DNA of 53,219 nucleotides, taken from a virus (Duplodnaviria > Caudoviricetes). Below the pieces are notes generated by a model. The model did not search any database, was not told the origin of the DNA, and worked only from the letters and a program-made list of their open reading frames with translations. Shown here piece by piece: positions 19,980 through 28,692 of the stretch; position 1 is the first letter of the stretch; each line of letters begins with the position of its first letter. Location: the IMG/VR virus record IMGVR_UViG_3300023109_001857, positions 1 to 53,219 of that record, one strand, 5' to 3'. The position numbers and the translations under genes are program-made.

Positions 19980-21140
19980 ATGAACAACCACGCACAAAAG
20001 ATTAACGACCTCTATGATGTATCAGAGAGCAACTTCGTAACACTGCAAGAACGCTTGGAAAAAGCAATTGCAAAATCCCCACAATTTAAAGCACAGCTAG
20101 AAGCAGTGGTAGACGAGTTCCGTCGTCGCAACTGTATGCCGCCTTGCGAACGTGGTTGGACACAATTTACAGATATTAAACTATGTACAGCAATTCAAGT
20201 TAGCATGGATTGTATCTTAATTGACGAGACCATGCAACGTGAACTTAACATGCGTCACATACTAAAAATCCTATCATACTTTAGCGAAAGCATGGTAATG
20301 GCAGTACAGGTATACGAAGATCCATCGCGCCCAGGAAAGTACATTGCATGGGATGGCCAACATACTAGTATTGCACTGTTTATTATTCTTACCTTAGTAT
20401 TTGGCGAACGTGTAGCAAAGGCAATGGTTCCTGTTGTTGTATATAGCTCACATCAGAAACTAGAAATTCGCAGAAACTTTATTTTGCTGAACGGTGATGC
20501 AAAAGAAAGCCTAGACTTTATCGACACATACAAGCAGATGGTATACGGTGTTAAGGTTGACGGATCAACAGATCAAGAATGGTTGGACACTGCACTAAAG
20601 AACGATTACTTTAAAGCAGCAGGTCTATTTGCTACTAATTCAAAGTTTGGTGATGAAGATGAACCAGGTGCGTTTACATTGTTGGCTGACACGCTGATGA
20701 GCAAAAGCCTCAAGACACGCAAGCACCCAGAAGTAACACGTATGTTTGCAGAATATTGGGCATACCTAAACGAAGAGCGTCCAGTACGTGCTAAAGAAGC
20801 AAGACAGTTGTACGAGTACTTTAACTTGTGCTATGAGCAAGGCATTACTGTAGACAAGCAGTACTTGCTGGAAATGGTAGCATTTACCAAAGAGTACTTT
20901 GAAGCTAACTTTGGTGAAAATGGCAGTTTCTGGGCCAAAGTAAAGATGAGCTACACTCGGTGGTATGCTCATGCTAACCCAGATAGCTATCAAGAGTTTG
21001 GACTTAAAGGGTTCAGCACAGAGATGCGCACAGGTATTCCTTTCTTAATTGCACAAATGAAAGCAAGCACAAACTTGAAAACTCCTGTGTATACGCCTAA
21101 CAATGGTTATACAGTTACCAAGCAGGACTTGTGGAAATGA
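19980..21140 (+). CDS. ParB/Srx-like N-terminal domain protein
   Basis: IDETMQR...YIAWDGQHT...FILLN pattern of the ParB/DUF262/DndB-like fold. Confidence 0.65.
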   Translation: MNNHAQKINDLYDVSESNFVTLQERLEKAIAKSPQFKAQLEAVVDEFRRRNCMPPCERGWTQFTDIKLCTAIQVSMDCILIDETMQRELNMRHILKILSYFSESMVMAVQVYEDPSRPGKYIAWDGQHTSIALFIILTLVFGERVAKAMVPVVVYSSHQKLEIRRNFILLNGDAKESLDFIDTYKQMVYGVKVDGSTDQEWLDTALKNDYFKAAGLFATNSKFGDEDEPGAFTLLADTLMSKSLKTRKHPEVTRMFAEYWAYLNEERPVRAKEARQLYEYFNLCYEQGITVDKQYLLEMVAFTKEYFEANFGENGSFWAKVKMSYTRWYAHANPDSYQEFGLKGFSTEMRTGIPFLIAQMKASTNLKTPVYTPNNGYTVTKQDLWK

Positions 21141-21598
21141 AAACTTTACGAGATCCACGCAGCGATAAGCTAAAGAGCAATGCGATACTAAAGGAGCAGC
21201 ATCGCGCTGCTCCAACTTGTATGCTAGAAGATTGCTGTAATACAATCAGCATCTATGATGGCCCAGGCAGCAATATACTGTGTAGAGAACATCAACTTGA
21301 ATGCAGCGAATATGGCGGAATGGGCAAACCTGAACGTCCACACACGTTCTACCGAGGTTGGGAATGTACCAATTGCGGATATGATCCTCGCACTGACGAA
21401 GTACGTTTTGGCCATGTTGAAGATCCGTTTATTAGAAACAGAGCAATGCGAGGTGTAATGCACGGAGACCATATTCATTTAAAAAGCCAAGGCGGAAAAG
21501 ACACACAAGATAATATCAATACGTTGTGTGTGTTGTGTCACATGGCCAAGACATACATTGAAGGGGATTTCAAAGGTAATAAAGGAGCTGGACAATGA
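21137..21598 (+). CDS. HNH endonuclease with Zn-binding Cys pairs
   Basis: CTNC...HGDHIHLKSQGGKDTQDNINTLCVLCHMAKT. Confidence 0.85.
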   Translation: MKTLRDPRSDKLKSNAILKEQHRAAPTCMLEDCCNTISIYDGPGSNILCREHQLECSEYGGMGKPERPHTFYRGWECTNCGYDPRTDEVRFGHVEDPFIRNRAMRGVMHGDHIHLKSQGGKDTQDNINTLCVLCHMAKTYIEGDFKGNKGAGQ

Positions 21599-21774
21599 CA
21601 GCGAAATGGGTTAAGATCAAGTTAGACAAAGGACGGGTGAGAGAGGTTACAGAAACTCTAATGGACATCCGAGAAGTTTTAGCTGTAGTGTATGCGCAAG
21701 ATGACTTCAAAGGTCTAGTCAACCGAGACGAGCTCGCGTCAGCTCTAGTCATGGCCTACAAACAAAAAGGTTGA
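21595..21774 (+). CDS. Hypothetical protein (59 aa)
   Basis: MTAKWVKIKLDKG...AYKQKG, ATGA overlap, SD AAGGAG; not in the ORF track. Confidence 0.6.
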   Translation: MTAKWVKIKLDKGRVREVTETLMDIREVLAVVYAQDDFKGLVNRDELASALVMAYKQKG

Positions 21775-21816
21775 CAACTGCTGTAAACATGCTATAATAG
21801 TTATATTAATTAGGCA
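21771..21816 (+). promoter_or_regulatory. sigma70 promoter with repeated leader motif
   Basis: TTGACA-N16-TATAATAGTTATATTAATTAGGCA. Confidence 0.7.
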
Positions 21817-21834
21817 AACACACAGAGGCAAACA

Positions 21835-22569
21835 ATGTTCACAGAAGTTAAAAATGGCTATGTAAACAAAGATGCAGTTCCACTTAAAACTGTATCAATT
21901 ACTGAAGCACTAGCTGTAGCATATGCGGCATATCGCATCAACAATAACACTTATACCAAAGACACTCGCCGTTTTAGTTGCGAAGAAAACAAGACACAGT
22001 TTGACAACAAAAGTCTTGTGCGCTATTACTGGGAAAGCAAGCAAGACTCACAGTATCTTCCAGAAGACTTTGAAATGTTTGAACCTACAGAAGCAGACTA
22101 TGCTAGCGTAGAACAAGCTCGCAAATGGATGAAGCGTTATGTGATGCTTGGCTTAGGCGAACTAGACGGCTTCAAAGCTGATATGATTCGAGAACTGTCG
22201 CAAGACGAAGTTAGGGTTACGTCTGTGGGGCGCATTGCATTTGCTCCAGAGTTTATCAAACGTGATATGCACGAGACAAGTCTTACAAAAACTATCCGTA
22301 TCGAGTATCGTGACAGTCGTCATATTAATCCTGTTGGTGCAACTGTAGAAGGTATAATCGAGATACTGGACAAGCGTTACAGTAACCAGTGGGAGAGCTA
22401 TAACTACATAGGTGTAATCGAAGGCAACCTAGTTAGTTTTATGAATAAATATGAACACGAAGTAGGCACTCGCAAGCGTATTAAAGCGAAAGTAAAGTCA
22501 CATACAAAAAATCGTATGTTCAGCGCAGATGAAACACGTCTTAACTACGTAAAATTATATAAGGTATAA
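21835..22569 (+). CDS. Hypothetical protein (possible C-terminal OB-fold)
   Basis: 244 aa ending ETRLNYVK. Confidence 0.7.
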   Translation: MFTEVKNGYVNKDAVPLKTVSITEALAVAYAAYRINNNTYTKDTRRFSCEENKTQFDNKSLVRYYWESKQDSQYLPEDFEMFEPTEADYASVEQARKWMKRYVMLGLGELDGFKADMIRELSQDEVRVTSVGRIAFAPEFIKRDMHETSLTKTIRIEYRDSRHINPVGATVEGIIEILDKRYSNQWESYNYIGVIEGNLVSFMNKYEHEVGTRKRIKAKVKSHTKNRMFSADETRLNYVKLYKV

Positions 22570-22581
22570 GGAGAGAGCATA

Positions 22582-22749
22582 ATGGGTAGTGATTTAGAAT
22601 TAGCTTGGTATGCACTACAACCTTTGCTTATAGCTGGATTTACAATAGGTGTAGTATTAGCAGTAGTATTTGGGGCAATTAGATTAGGCTGGAAATTTGC
22701 GCCTTATATAGTTTTATTTGCTTTTTTAGTTTGGGTTTTTGGAGGATAA
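22582..22749 (+). CDS. Small membrane protein (55 aa)
   Basis: SD AAGGAG; two hydrophobic stretches; not in the ORF track. Confidence 0.65.
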   Translation: MGSDLELAWYALQPLLIAGFTIGVVLAVVFGAIRLGWKFAPYIVLFAFLVWVFGG

Positions 22750-22750
22750 A

Positions 22751-22951
22751 ATGTTTACAGAGAACTTAATGTGGTTATTCGGAGCGTACCTAGCAGGCAC
22801 TGTTGCAACATACTTTTTGTTTCTTAAACAAAACTTTAAAAATGCAACTGAAGCAACAATTGATGCATTAATTGATAAAGGCTTTTTACGTCATAAAAAG
22901 CTAGACGATGGTGAGATTGAAATCTTAAAATGGAATGCCAACGATGACTGA
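22751..22951 (+). CDS. Small membrane-anchored protein
   Basis: ATG after GGAGG, N-terminal TM, TIDALIDKGFL. Confidence 0.7.
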   Translation: MFTENLMWLFGAYLAGTVATYFLFLKQNFKNATEATIDALIDKGFLRHKKLDDGEIEILKWNANDD

Positions 22952-23042
22952 AGATGAACATGATGAAGGTAAAGCAATCTTTGGAATTATAACACTCATT
23001 TTAATTCCTATTTGTTTGATCATTTATTCGTTAATTCAATGA
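22944..23042 (+). CDS. 32-aa single-TM peptide
   Basis: MTEDEHDEGKAIFGIITLILIPICLIIYSLIQ; stop overlaps the tilS ATG. Confidence 0.5.
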   Translation: MTEDEHDEGKAIFGIITLILIPICLIIYSLIQ

Positions 23043-23647
23043 TTAAATTACAAGGTAAAGTGCCACGCAAAATTTATATTGCGTGTAGCGGCGGAGTTGA
23101 CAGTATGGCAGCAGTTGACTTCTTATCTAGGAATCATGATGTATTTGTATTACACTTCAATCACGGAACACCGCACGGCTTTGAAGCAATGCAATTTGTT
23201 GAACAATGGTGTGCAAAGAAAGATATTGGATTCTTAACCAATGTTACAACAACCACAAGAGAAAAACGAACAAATGAAAGCCAAGAAGAATACTGGCGCG
23301 ATGTACGTTATGATTGGTTAGAACGCTGTACTGAAAGAGAAATTGTCACAGGACATCATTTAGATGACTGTGTGGAAACATGGGTATGGAGCAGTATGCA
23401 TGGCACAGGAAAGATTGTTCCTTACAGTCGTAATGACAGAGTGTATCGTCCATTTCGTCTTACTCGCAAACGTGACCTAGAACTTTGGGCAAGCTTAAAC
23501 AATGTTCCATATATTGAGGATGGCAGCAACAAAGATACACGATATACACGTAATTATATTAGACACACTATGATGCCTAATGTACTAAAAGTAAACCCAG
23601 GTATCTACAAAACCATTGCAAAAAAAGTAAGGGAAGATGTAAGTTGA
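23039..23647 (+). CDS. tilS: tRNA(Ile)-lysidine synthetase-like PP-loop ATPase (catalytic domain only)
   Basis: SGGVDS, HFNHG, R..RY, TGHHLDD..ET, RPF, DGSN...YTRNYIRH. Confidence 0.85.
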   Translation: MIKLQGKVPRKIYIACSGGVDSMAAVDFLSRNHDVFVLHFNHGTPHGFEAMQFVEQWCAKKDIGFLTNVTTTTREKRTNESQEEYWRDVRYDWLERCTEREIVTGHHLDDCVETWVWSSMHGTGKIVPYSRNDRVYRPFRLTRKRDLELWASLNNVPYIEDGSNKDTRYTRNYIRHTMMPNVLKVNPGIYKTIAKKVREDVS

Positions 23648-23748
23648 TGGTAAATACTATTACTATAGACGTATTTAAGATCCAAGACGGAGAGTTTGTA
23701 CAATACGAATACTCCGAGTAAAGCAATTATTACAACTAGGAGAATACC

Positions 23749-23952
23749 ATGAGTCATAAACAATTAGAATTTAAAGAAGCCTTAGATACAACTGACTACG
23801 GGTTAATTGTAGGGAAACACGGAGAACTTAAAGGAATTTGGGTTCCTGAAGGGAGACAAGATGCGGATATTCCATATGCAATTGTAAGTTTATGTATTGC
23901 AAAATTTGGTATTGATCCAAACGGGCACGGCGAATCGGCAGTACTTCAGTAA
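23749..23952 (+). CDS. Hypothetical protein
   Basis: SD AGGAGA, 67 aa. Confidence 0.65.
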   Translation: MSHKQLEFKEALDTTDYGLIVGKHGELKGIWVPEGRQDADIPYAIVSLCIAKFGIDPNGHGESAVLQ

Positions 23953-24215
23953 TGGTTAAGCAGGAAGATGTGGACTTTTTAGTAGACTTAGCAATGGAGT
24001 GTGAACTTTCTGATCCTATTGATTGGGGCATGCTTCACATTACAGAAAAGCAAGCTTATCAAATGATGGCTTCGCAACTACTAGAACAATTTGGTAATGT
24101 TAATAAAGAAGACCTAATGCCAGTTATTTTAGCAACTGCAACCAAACTGTTGGTTGAAAACTTGGTTCTTAACTTGCAACTCAAAGGTGCAGAAAACGTA
24201 TTAAAAGGCGTTTAA
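23952..24215 (+). CDS. Hypothetical protein
   Basis: TAATG overlap, 87 aa. Confidence 0.65.
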   Translation: MVKQEDVDFLVDLAMECELSDPIDWGMLHITEKQAYQMMASQLLEQFGNVNKEDLMPVILATATKLLVENLVLNLQLKGAENVLKGV

Positions 24216-24878
24216 ATGTTGGACTTTCCATTATCACTTGCTATATATCGAGATAGTAATTCTCAAATAGTAACTACTGCTAAATTAGGTACTAGGACTT
24301 TACAAGGTATTACTAGCCTAACATACCAGCAGCATATAGATTTAGTGGAAGACTCCTTATATCTTTTAATAAGGCATCCTTTTGAAAGGTATGTTAGTGG
24401 TCTAATAACTCATAGGCACTTTTCTATGCTTAACGCATTATTAGGTCCTCAGGAAGATAGTCGTTTTTCAGATCATGTATTGTATGATCAGCTTACAAAT
24501 CTTTTAATATTAGAAAACACTGATTATTGGAACTATTTTATTGAAAAATACGTTGTTCATAATTTTGGAAACTTTGTGGGACTAAACGATGTGCATACTT
24601 CTAATTGGCTAGTTCAACTTGATACCGCAATAGATTTCAAAGTGGTTCATTTAAAGCAGTTAGACAATTTAATAACACATTTAGGACATTTGCCTATTGA
24701 AAAAAGAAATGTAAGCAATCAGAAGATTACAGATGCTGTTACAACAGCAATATTAGACAACAAGCACTTTAAAGAAACGCTATTAAGATATCTAAAACCT
24801 GAAATTAACGTTTACAGAACACTTAAAAACAAAATGGAATTTAATTGGAAATATCCAAAAGATATTATTGACATATAG
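24216..24878 (+). CDS. Sulfotransferase-family-like protein
   Basis: AKLGTRT and IRHPFERYVSG (PAPS-binding-like motifs). Confidence 0.55.
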   Translation: MLDFPLSLAIYRDSNSQIVTTAKLGTRTLQGITSLTYQQHIDLVEDSLYLLIRHPFERYVSGLITHRHFSMLNALLGPQEDSRFSDHVLYDQLTNLLILENTDYWNYFIEKYVVHNFGNFVGLNDVHTSNWLVQLDTAIDFKVVHLKQLDNLITHLGHLPIEKRNVSNQKITDAVTTAILDNKHFKETLLRYLKPEINVYRTLKNKMEFNWKYPKDIIDI

Positions 24879-24896
24879 TAAAAAGTTTGCTATAAT
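24868..24896 (+). promoter_or_regulatory. sigma70-type promoter
   Basis: TTGACA-N17-TATAAT with TG. Confidence 0.75.
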
Positions 24897-24927
24897 AAGT
24901 TAAATTAATAACAAACTTGAGGTAGAT

Positions 24928-25155
24928 ATGGATAGTTATTACGGCAAGACAGCAATATTAACCAACACTCGCAACGAACAAGAAGTCGAGTGCGAAGTTG
25001 ACAATGTTAGAGTTAACGAATCATTAGATGCATTTGTTGCCAACAACAAGATACACATGCGTTGGAATGGTAAAGTATATGTGGGCAATGCTCATGGTAT
25101 GGAATTTACCACCCTTGGTCCAGTAGAATTTAACACAAAAAAAGGAAGATATTAA
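24928..25155 (+). CDS. Hypothetical protein
   Basis: SD GAGGT, 75 aa. Confidence 0.7.
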   Translation: MDSYYGKTAILTNTRNEQEVECEVDNVRVNESLDAFVANNKIHMRWNGKVYVGNAHGMEFTTLGPVEFNTKKGRY

Positions 25156-25156
25156 T

Positions 25157-25774
25157 ATGCCACTAGTACCTATGGTAGTAGAACAAACTGCGGGCGGCGA
25201 ACGCTCATACGATATATACAGTCGTTTGATGAAGGACCGTATTATCATGTTAAACGGTCCAGTAGAAGACAATATGGCTAACTTGATTGTAGCACAAATG
25301 TTGTTCTTAGAAAGTGAAGAACCTGGCAAGGATATTAACTTGTACATCAATAGTCCAGGTGGCGCTGTAACAGCAGGATTGGCTATCTATGACACCATGC
25401 AGTACATCAAATGCGATGTGCGTACAATCGTAATGGGTCAAGCATGTAGTATGGGCTCGTTCCTAGCACAAGCAGGCACAGCAGGCAAGCGTGTGGTGTT
25501 GCCAGAAAGTCGCACAATGATTCATAGAGTGTCAAGTGGCACACGCGGCACCAGCGGCAGCGTACACGTACAAGAGCTACAGTTTGAAGATGCTCAACGT
25601 GCATTTGAAGAGTCAAAGAAAGTCAACAAGCGTCTTACAGAGCTTTATGTGCGCCATAATACAGCAGGCAAAACATACGAAGAACTGTTTGAAACTATGA
25701 AGTTTGATACATTCCTTACAGCACAAGAAGCAGTTGAGCACGGACTTGCCGACATGGTTGTAGAGAAACGATGA
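25157..25774 (+). CDS. clpP: ATP-dependent Clp protease proteolytic subunit
   Basis: [33 protein letters not shown] (Ser), MIH (His). Confidence 0.95.
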   Translation: MPLVPMVVEQTAGGERSYDIYSRLMKDRIIMLNGPVEDNMANLIVAQMLFLESEEPGKDINLYINSPGGAVTAGLAIYDTMQYIKCDVRTIVMGQACSMGSFLAQAGTAGKRVVLPESRTMIHRVSSGTRGTSGSVHVQELQFEDAQRAFEESKKVNKRLTELYVRHNTAGKTYEELFETMKFDTFLTAQEAVEHGLADMVVEKR

Positions 25775-26103
25775 TGTCAGAAGTAAGTGATACAGTAGCA
25801 AATCTCAAAGGCATTCCAACTAAGCAAGATCTAAAGTTGCAACTAGAACAAAATGTAGTGGTAGTTGACTTTACTAAGTTAAACGGTGACAAACGTGTAA
25901 TGACTTGCACACTACGTGAAGATATTAAACCACCTGCAACTAAAACTGACACTATGAGTCAAAAGAAAGTTCGTGAAATATCAGACGCTGTTGTAAGTGT
26001 CTGGGATGTCAATGCCAAGGGATGGCGCAGCTTTCGTTATGATCGTATTAATGCTGTAGATATTGTTGAAGAATACGAGCAGGAATGGTACAATAAAGGT
26101 TGA
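25771..26103 (+). CDS. WYL-like/SH3 beta-barrel phage protein
   Basis: [15 protein letters not shown]...[13 protein letters not shown]. Confidence 0.75.
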   Translation: MMSEVSDTVANLKGIPTKQDLKLQLEQNVVVVDFTKLNGDKRVMTCTLREDIKPPATKTDTMSQKKVREISDAVVSVWDVNAKGWRSFRYDRINAVDIVEEYEQEWYNKG

Positions 26104-26128
26104 CAATACTAAATATCAGTGCTATTAT
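26100..26128 (+). promoter_or_regulatory. sigma70-type promoter
   Basis: TTGACA-N17-TATTAT with TG. Confidence 0.7.
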
Positions 26129-26159
26129 ATACTAGTAAGTTAATTTTATGGAGAAGACA

Positions 26160-26675
26160 ATGAATAAATTGTTAGCAACTGTAGCAGCAATTGGAGCAAT
26201 AGGATTTGCTACCTCAGTAAGTGCAGAAGAATATGCGACAGTTACAAATGTAAAACCAAACTATCAAACCGTTCAAGTTCCGCGTTACAGAACAGATTGT
26301 CGAGTAAATCAAGTGCCTATCTATGGTACTGTACAAGGTGGTCAGGCAAGCACAGGCGATACTATTGTAGGTGCAATCATTGGCGGAGCAATTGGTAATC
26401 AAGTAGGCGGCGGCAGCGGCAAAGATGCTGCAACTGTACTAGGTGCTATTATTGGCGCAGATGTTGTAAACAAACGTGCAACTAGGCAACAACAAATTAT
26501 TGGCTATCGTGAAGAACAAACCTGTAATAATGTAACATTCTATGAAACGCAGGAAGAAATTAAAAACTACACTATTCGTTATACATGGAATAACATCACA
26601 GGAAGTACACGCACCTACAACAACTATCGTGTTGGTGACCGTATTCCTGTAGAAATTACAATACGGGCAAAATAA
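26160..26675 (+). CDS. Glycine-zipper 2TM secreted protein (YcfJ-like)
   Basis: Signal peptide; GAIIGGAIGNQVGGGSGKDAATVLGAIIGA. Confidence 0.85.
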   Translation: MNKLLATVAAIGAIGFATSVSAEEYATVTNVKPNYQTVQVPRYRTDCRVNQVPIYGTVQGGQASTGDTIVGAIIGGAIGNQVGGGSGKDAATVLGAIIGADVVNKRATRQQQIIGYREEQTCNNVTFYETQEEIKNYTIRYTWNNITGSTRTYNNYRVGDRIPVEITIRAK

Positions 26676-26676
26676 G

Positions 26677-26892
26677 ATGAGTGATGATTTTAACAAACGA
26701 TTCGATGGCATGGTGTTCAACACAAGTTGGACACAGCCATACTTGCCAACCAGCTACAATCCTTTCTATCAGCCCAGTCCAGAACATGCGGCTACTGAAG
26801 AAATGATTCGTATCAATGCAGTAGACAAAATTGTCGACAGTATGGATTCTTATCCAGACGCTGACGCTATCATAAAAAAGATAAAAGGATAG
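26677..26892 (+). CDS. Hypothetical protein
   Basis: 71 aa ORF in operon. Confidence 0.6.
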   Translation: MSDDFNKRFDGMVFNTSWTQPYLPTSYNPFYQPSPEHAATEEMIRINAVDKIVDSMDSYPDADAIIKKIKG

Positions 26893-26896
26893 ATTA

Positions 26897-27478
26897 TTGT
26901 TTAATTACTGTGCTATAGATAATCTCGCGGCACCAAAAATGGCTCTTGGCATTGAAAATCGAGTAATGACAGGAGCCCATTGGGAATATATAGAATCTAC
27001 CGTAGATACTTCTAGCTTTGACAAAGGCGACAGTAATATTATAAACTCGCAACAATTTGTACATTTAATATATGGCGATAACGGTCCATGTAGTATGTTG
27101 TATGGAGAAGTTGTTAATCCTATTTTATGGAGTTTACAAGACAAGACTGGATTAGAAATAACAAGTTTACAACGTGTTAAAGCAAATCTATTAACTCCTA
27201 ATGGTTCTACTGTTGATAATTACAATCCGCCACACATAGATATTAATAAGCAGGAATATTTAAGTATGGTGTATTATGTCAACGACAGTGATGGTGATAC
27301 AAGAATCTTCGATGACAACATGACAATGTTACATTCTAATACTCCAGCACAAGGCAATGCTATTATATTTCCAAGTAATAGATTCCATTGTAGTAGCAAC
27401 CCTATACAATCAAATGTGCGGTGTATCATAAATTTTGTGTTTACTGTGAAGGATATATCAGTTTTAAGCAAGAATTAA
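26897..27478 (+). CDS. 2OG-Fe(II) oxygenase
   Basis: RVKANL, PHID, YYVNDSDGDT, FHCS..P, R..IN. Confidence 0.8.
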   Translation: MFNYCAIDNLAAPKMALGIENRVMTGAHWEYIESTVDTSSFDKGDSNIINSQQFVHLIYGDNGPCSMLYGEVVNPILWSLQDKTGLEITSLQRVKANLLTPNGSTVDNYNPPHIDINKQEYLSMVYYVNDSDGDTRIFDDNMTMLHSNTPAQGNAIIFPSNRFHCSSNPIQSNVRCIINFVFTVKDISVLSKN

Positions 27479-27484
27479 ACATTT

Positions 27485-27572
27485 GGAGAGGTGGCTGAGT
27501 GGCCGAAAGCAGCGGATTACTAATCCGCCGAACCGAAAGGTTCCCAGGGTTCGAATCCCTGTCTCTCTGCCA
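27485..27572 (+). tRNA. tRNA-Ser with ACT anticodon
   Basis: Acceptor GGAGAGG/TCTCTCT, G discriminator, CCA, long variable arm GAACC-GAAA-GGTTC, anticodon arm GCGGA-TTACTAA-TCCGC. Confidence 0.88.
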
Positions 27573-27577
27573 AAGAC

Positions 27578-27743
27578 GTGTTGAGGTTGCTCCTCGACTA
27601 GTATGGGTTAGCAAGTCCCATATGATAAGAAGTGATGTCGCAATCACAACAAAAGGCTCGATGCAAGTATGCCGGCAGTGTATGTCGTTAGTGCGAAGGG
27701 GCGGAGCAGGCATAGTCTGCGTTGAAACCGTTAGCACGTACAC
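27578..27743 (+). ncRNA. Candidate structured RNA between tRNA-Ser and tRNA-Gly
   Basis: GC-richer spacer with consecutive hairpins and an 8-bp closing stem GTGTATGT/ACGTACAC. Confidence 0.4.
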
Positions 27744-27752
27744 AAACTAATT

Positions 27753-27826
27753 GCGGGTGTTGTGTAATGGTAAGACCTTAGCCTTCCAAGCTAATGATAG
27801 GGGTTCGATTCCCCTCACCCGCTCCA
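27753..27826 (+). tRNA. tRNA-Gly(TCC)
   Basis: GCGGGTG/CACCCGC, TTAGC-CTTCCAA-GCTAA, ends TCCA. Confidence 0.93.
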
Positions 27827-27856
27827 TAACAACAAGTAACATGAAAGGTTACAATA

Positions 27857-28096
27857 ATGGGTCGAGTCTTTATTGAAGAAGCAATGGATGTTACAGGCAT
27901 CAATCGAACTGACTTAGTTGCAGTATGTGCTTATCTAAAACGTTCAGGGCAAGCATCAAGTGCAGCAGATGCACTTCGTTTGCTTGAAACTGGAACTATT
28001 GATAAACACATTATCGAAGAACAAATGATTAACTCTTTTATGGTTGAGAAGACTGACACTCCAAAAGTTGAGGAAGAAGAAGACTCTATAGAATAA
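27857..28096 (+). CDS. Hypothetical protein within tRNA cluster
   Basis: 79 aa, SD AAGG. Confidence 0.65.
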   Translation: MGRVFIEEAMDVTGINRTDLVAVCAYLKRSGQASSAADALRLLETGTIDKHIIEEQMINSFMVEKTDTPKVEEEEDSIE

Positions 28097-28103
28097 GTAC
28101 TGT

Positions 28104-28181
28104 ATGATAAACAAATGTCCTGAATGTAAATTTGAATTGGATCATAATGATTTTTGTCCAATTTGTAGAGTAAAAAGATAA
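28104..28181 (+). CDS. 25-aa zinc-ribbon micro-protein
   Basis: MINKCPECKFELDHNDFCPICRVKR (two CPxC); TAAGTA 4 nt before ATG. Confidence 0.55.
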   Translation: MINKCPECKFELDHNDFCPICRVKR

Positions 28182-28182
28182 T

Positions 28183-28258
28183 GCCGCAATAGCTCAGTTG
28201 GTAGAGCAACTGATTTGTAATCAGTAGGTCCCGGGTTCAAATCCTGGTTGCGGCACCA
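28183..28258 (+). tRNA. tRNA-Thr(TGT)
   Basis: GCCGCAA/TTGCGGC, ACTGA-TTTGTAA-TCAGT, ACCA. Confidence 0.95.
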
Positions 28259-28372
28259 TATAACAACACCTTCCAGGCTTAACATAGTTAGCTCAATACC
28301 GGAAGGTTACTTATGACCCAAGGTCACTGTACTGGTCTTGTCACCTGTATACACCTGGGTCTTCCTAACAAT

Positions 28373-28457
28373 GCGCCTGTGGTGAAATTGGTAGACACGC
28401 TAGATTTAGGTTCTAGTGCTTTACGGCGTGGGGGTTCAAGTCCCTCCAGGCGCACCA
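28373..28457 (+). tRNA. tRNA-Leu(TAG)
   Basis: GCGCCTG/CAGGCGC, CTAGA-TTTAGGT-TCTAG, long variable arm, ACCA. Confidence 0.95.
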
Positions 28458-28477
28458 AATAAAAGTTAACTTAATGG

Positions 28478-28511
28478 TTGACAACAATAAATAAAGAGTG
28501 TATTATAAATA
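28478..28511 (+). promoter_or_regulatory. Dual promoter (sigma70 plus late) for the leader/tRNA unit
   Basis: TTGACA-N17-TATTAT overlapping TATAAATA (28504-28511). Confidence 0.7.
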
Positions 28512-28537
28512 CATAATAAGAAATAAGGAATACTAAC

Positions 28538-28606
28538 GTGTTAAGAACAGTACAACAATCGTCATCACAGAATTGGTGCCCACCAAAAGGTAGGGGTATG
28601 TCTTAA
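28538..28606 (+). CDS. Putative attenuator leader peptide MLRTVQQSSSQNWCPPKGRGMS
   Basis: GTG start 8 nt after SD AAGGA; its 3' end is complementary to the 5' arm of the downstream terminator. Confidence 0.7.
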   Translation: MLRTVQQSSSQNWCPPKGRGMS

Positions 28607-28635
28607 CGCGACTTTGTAGAAAAGTTATATTAAGC

Positions 28636-28671
28636 AAGCCCCTAGCACTAATAATGTTAGGGGCTTTTTTT
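28636..28671 (+). terminator. Rho-independent terminator (attenuator 3:4 hairpin) upstream of tRNA-Trp/Pro/Gln
   Basis: AAGCCCCTAGCA-CTAATAA-TGTTAGGGGCTT followed by T-run. Confidence 0.88.
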
Positions 28672-28692
28672 GTGGAGGAATAAAAAGTTTAA

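Noticed and set aside
27499-27750. 83-aa plus-strand ORF and 100-aa minus-strand ORF over tRNA-Ser
   Set aside because: They overlap a well-formed tRNA and a structured spacer; no SD, atypical composition
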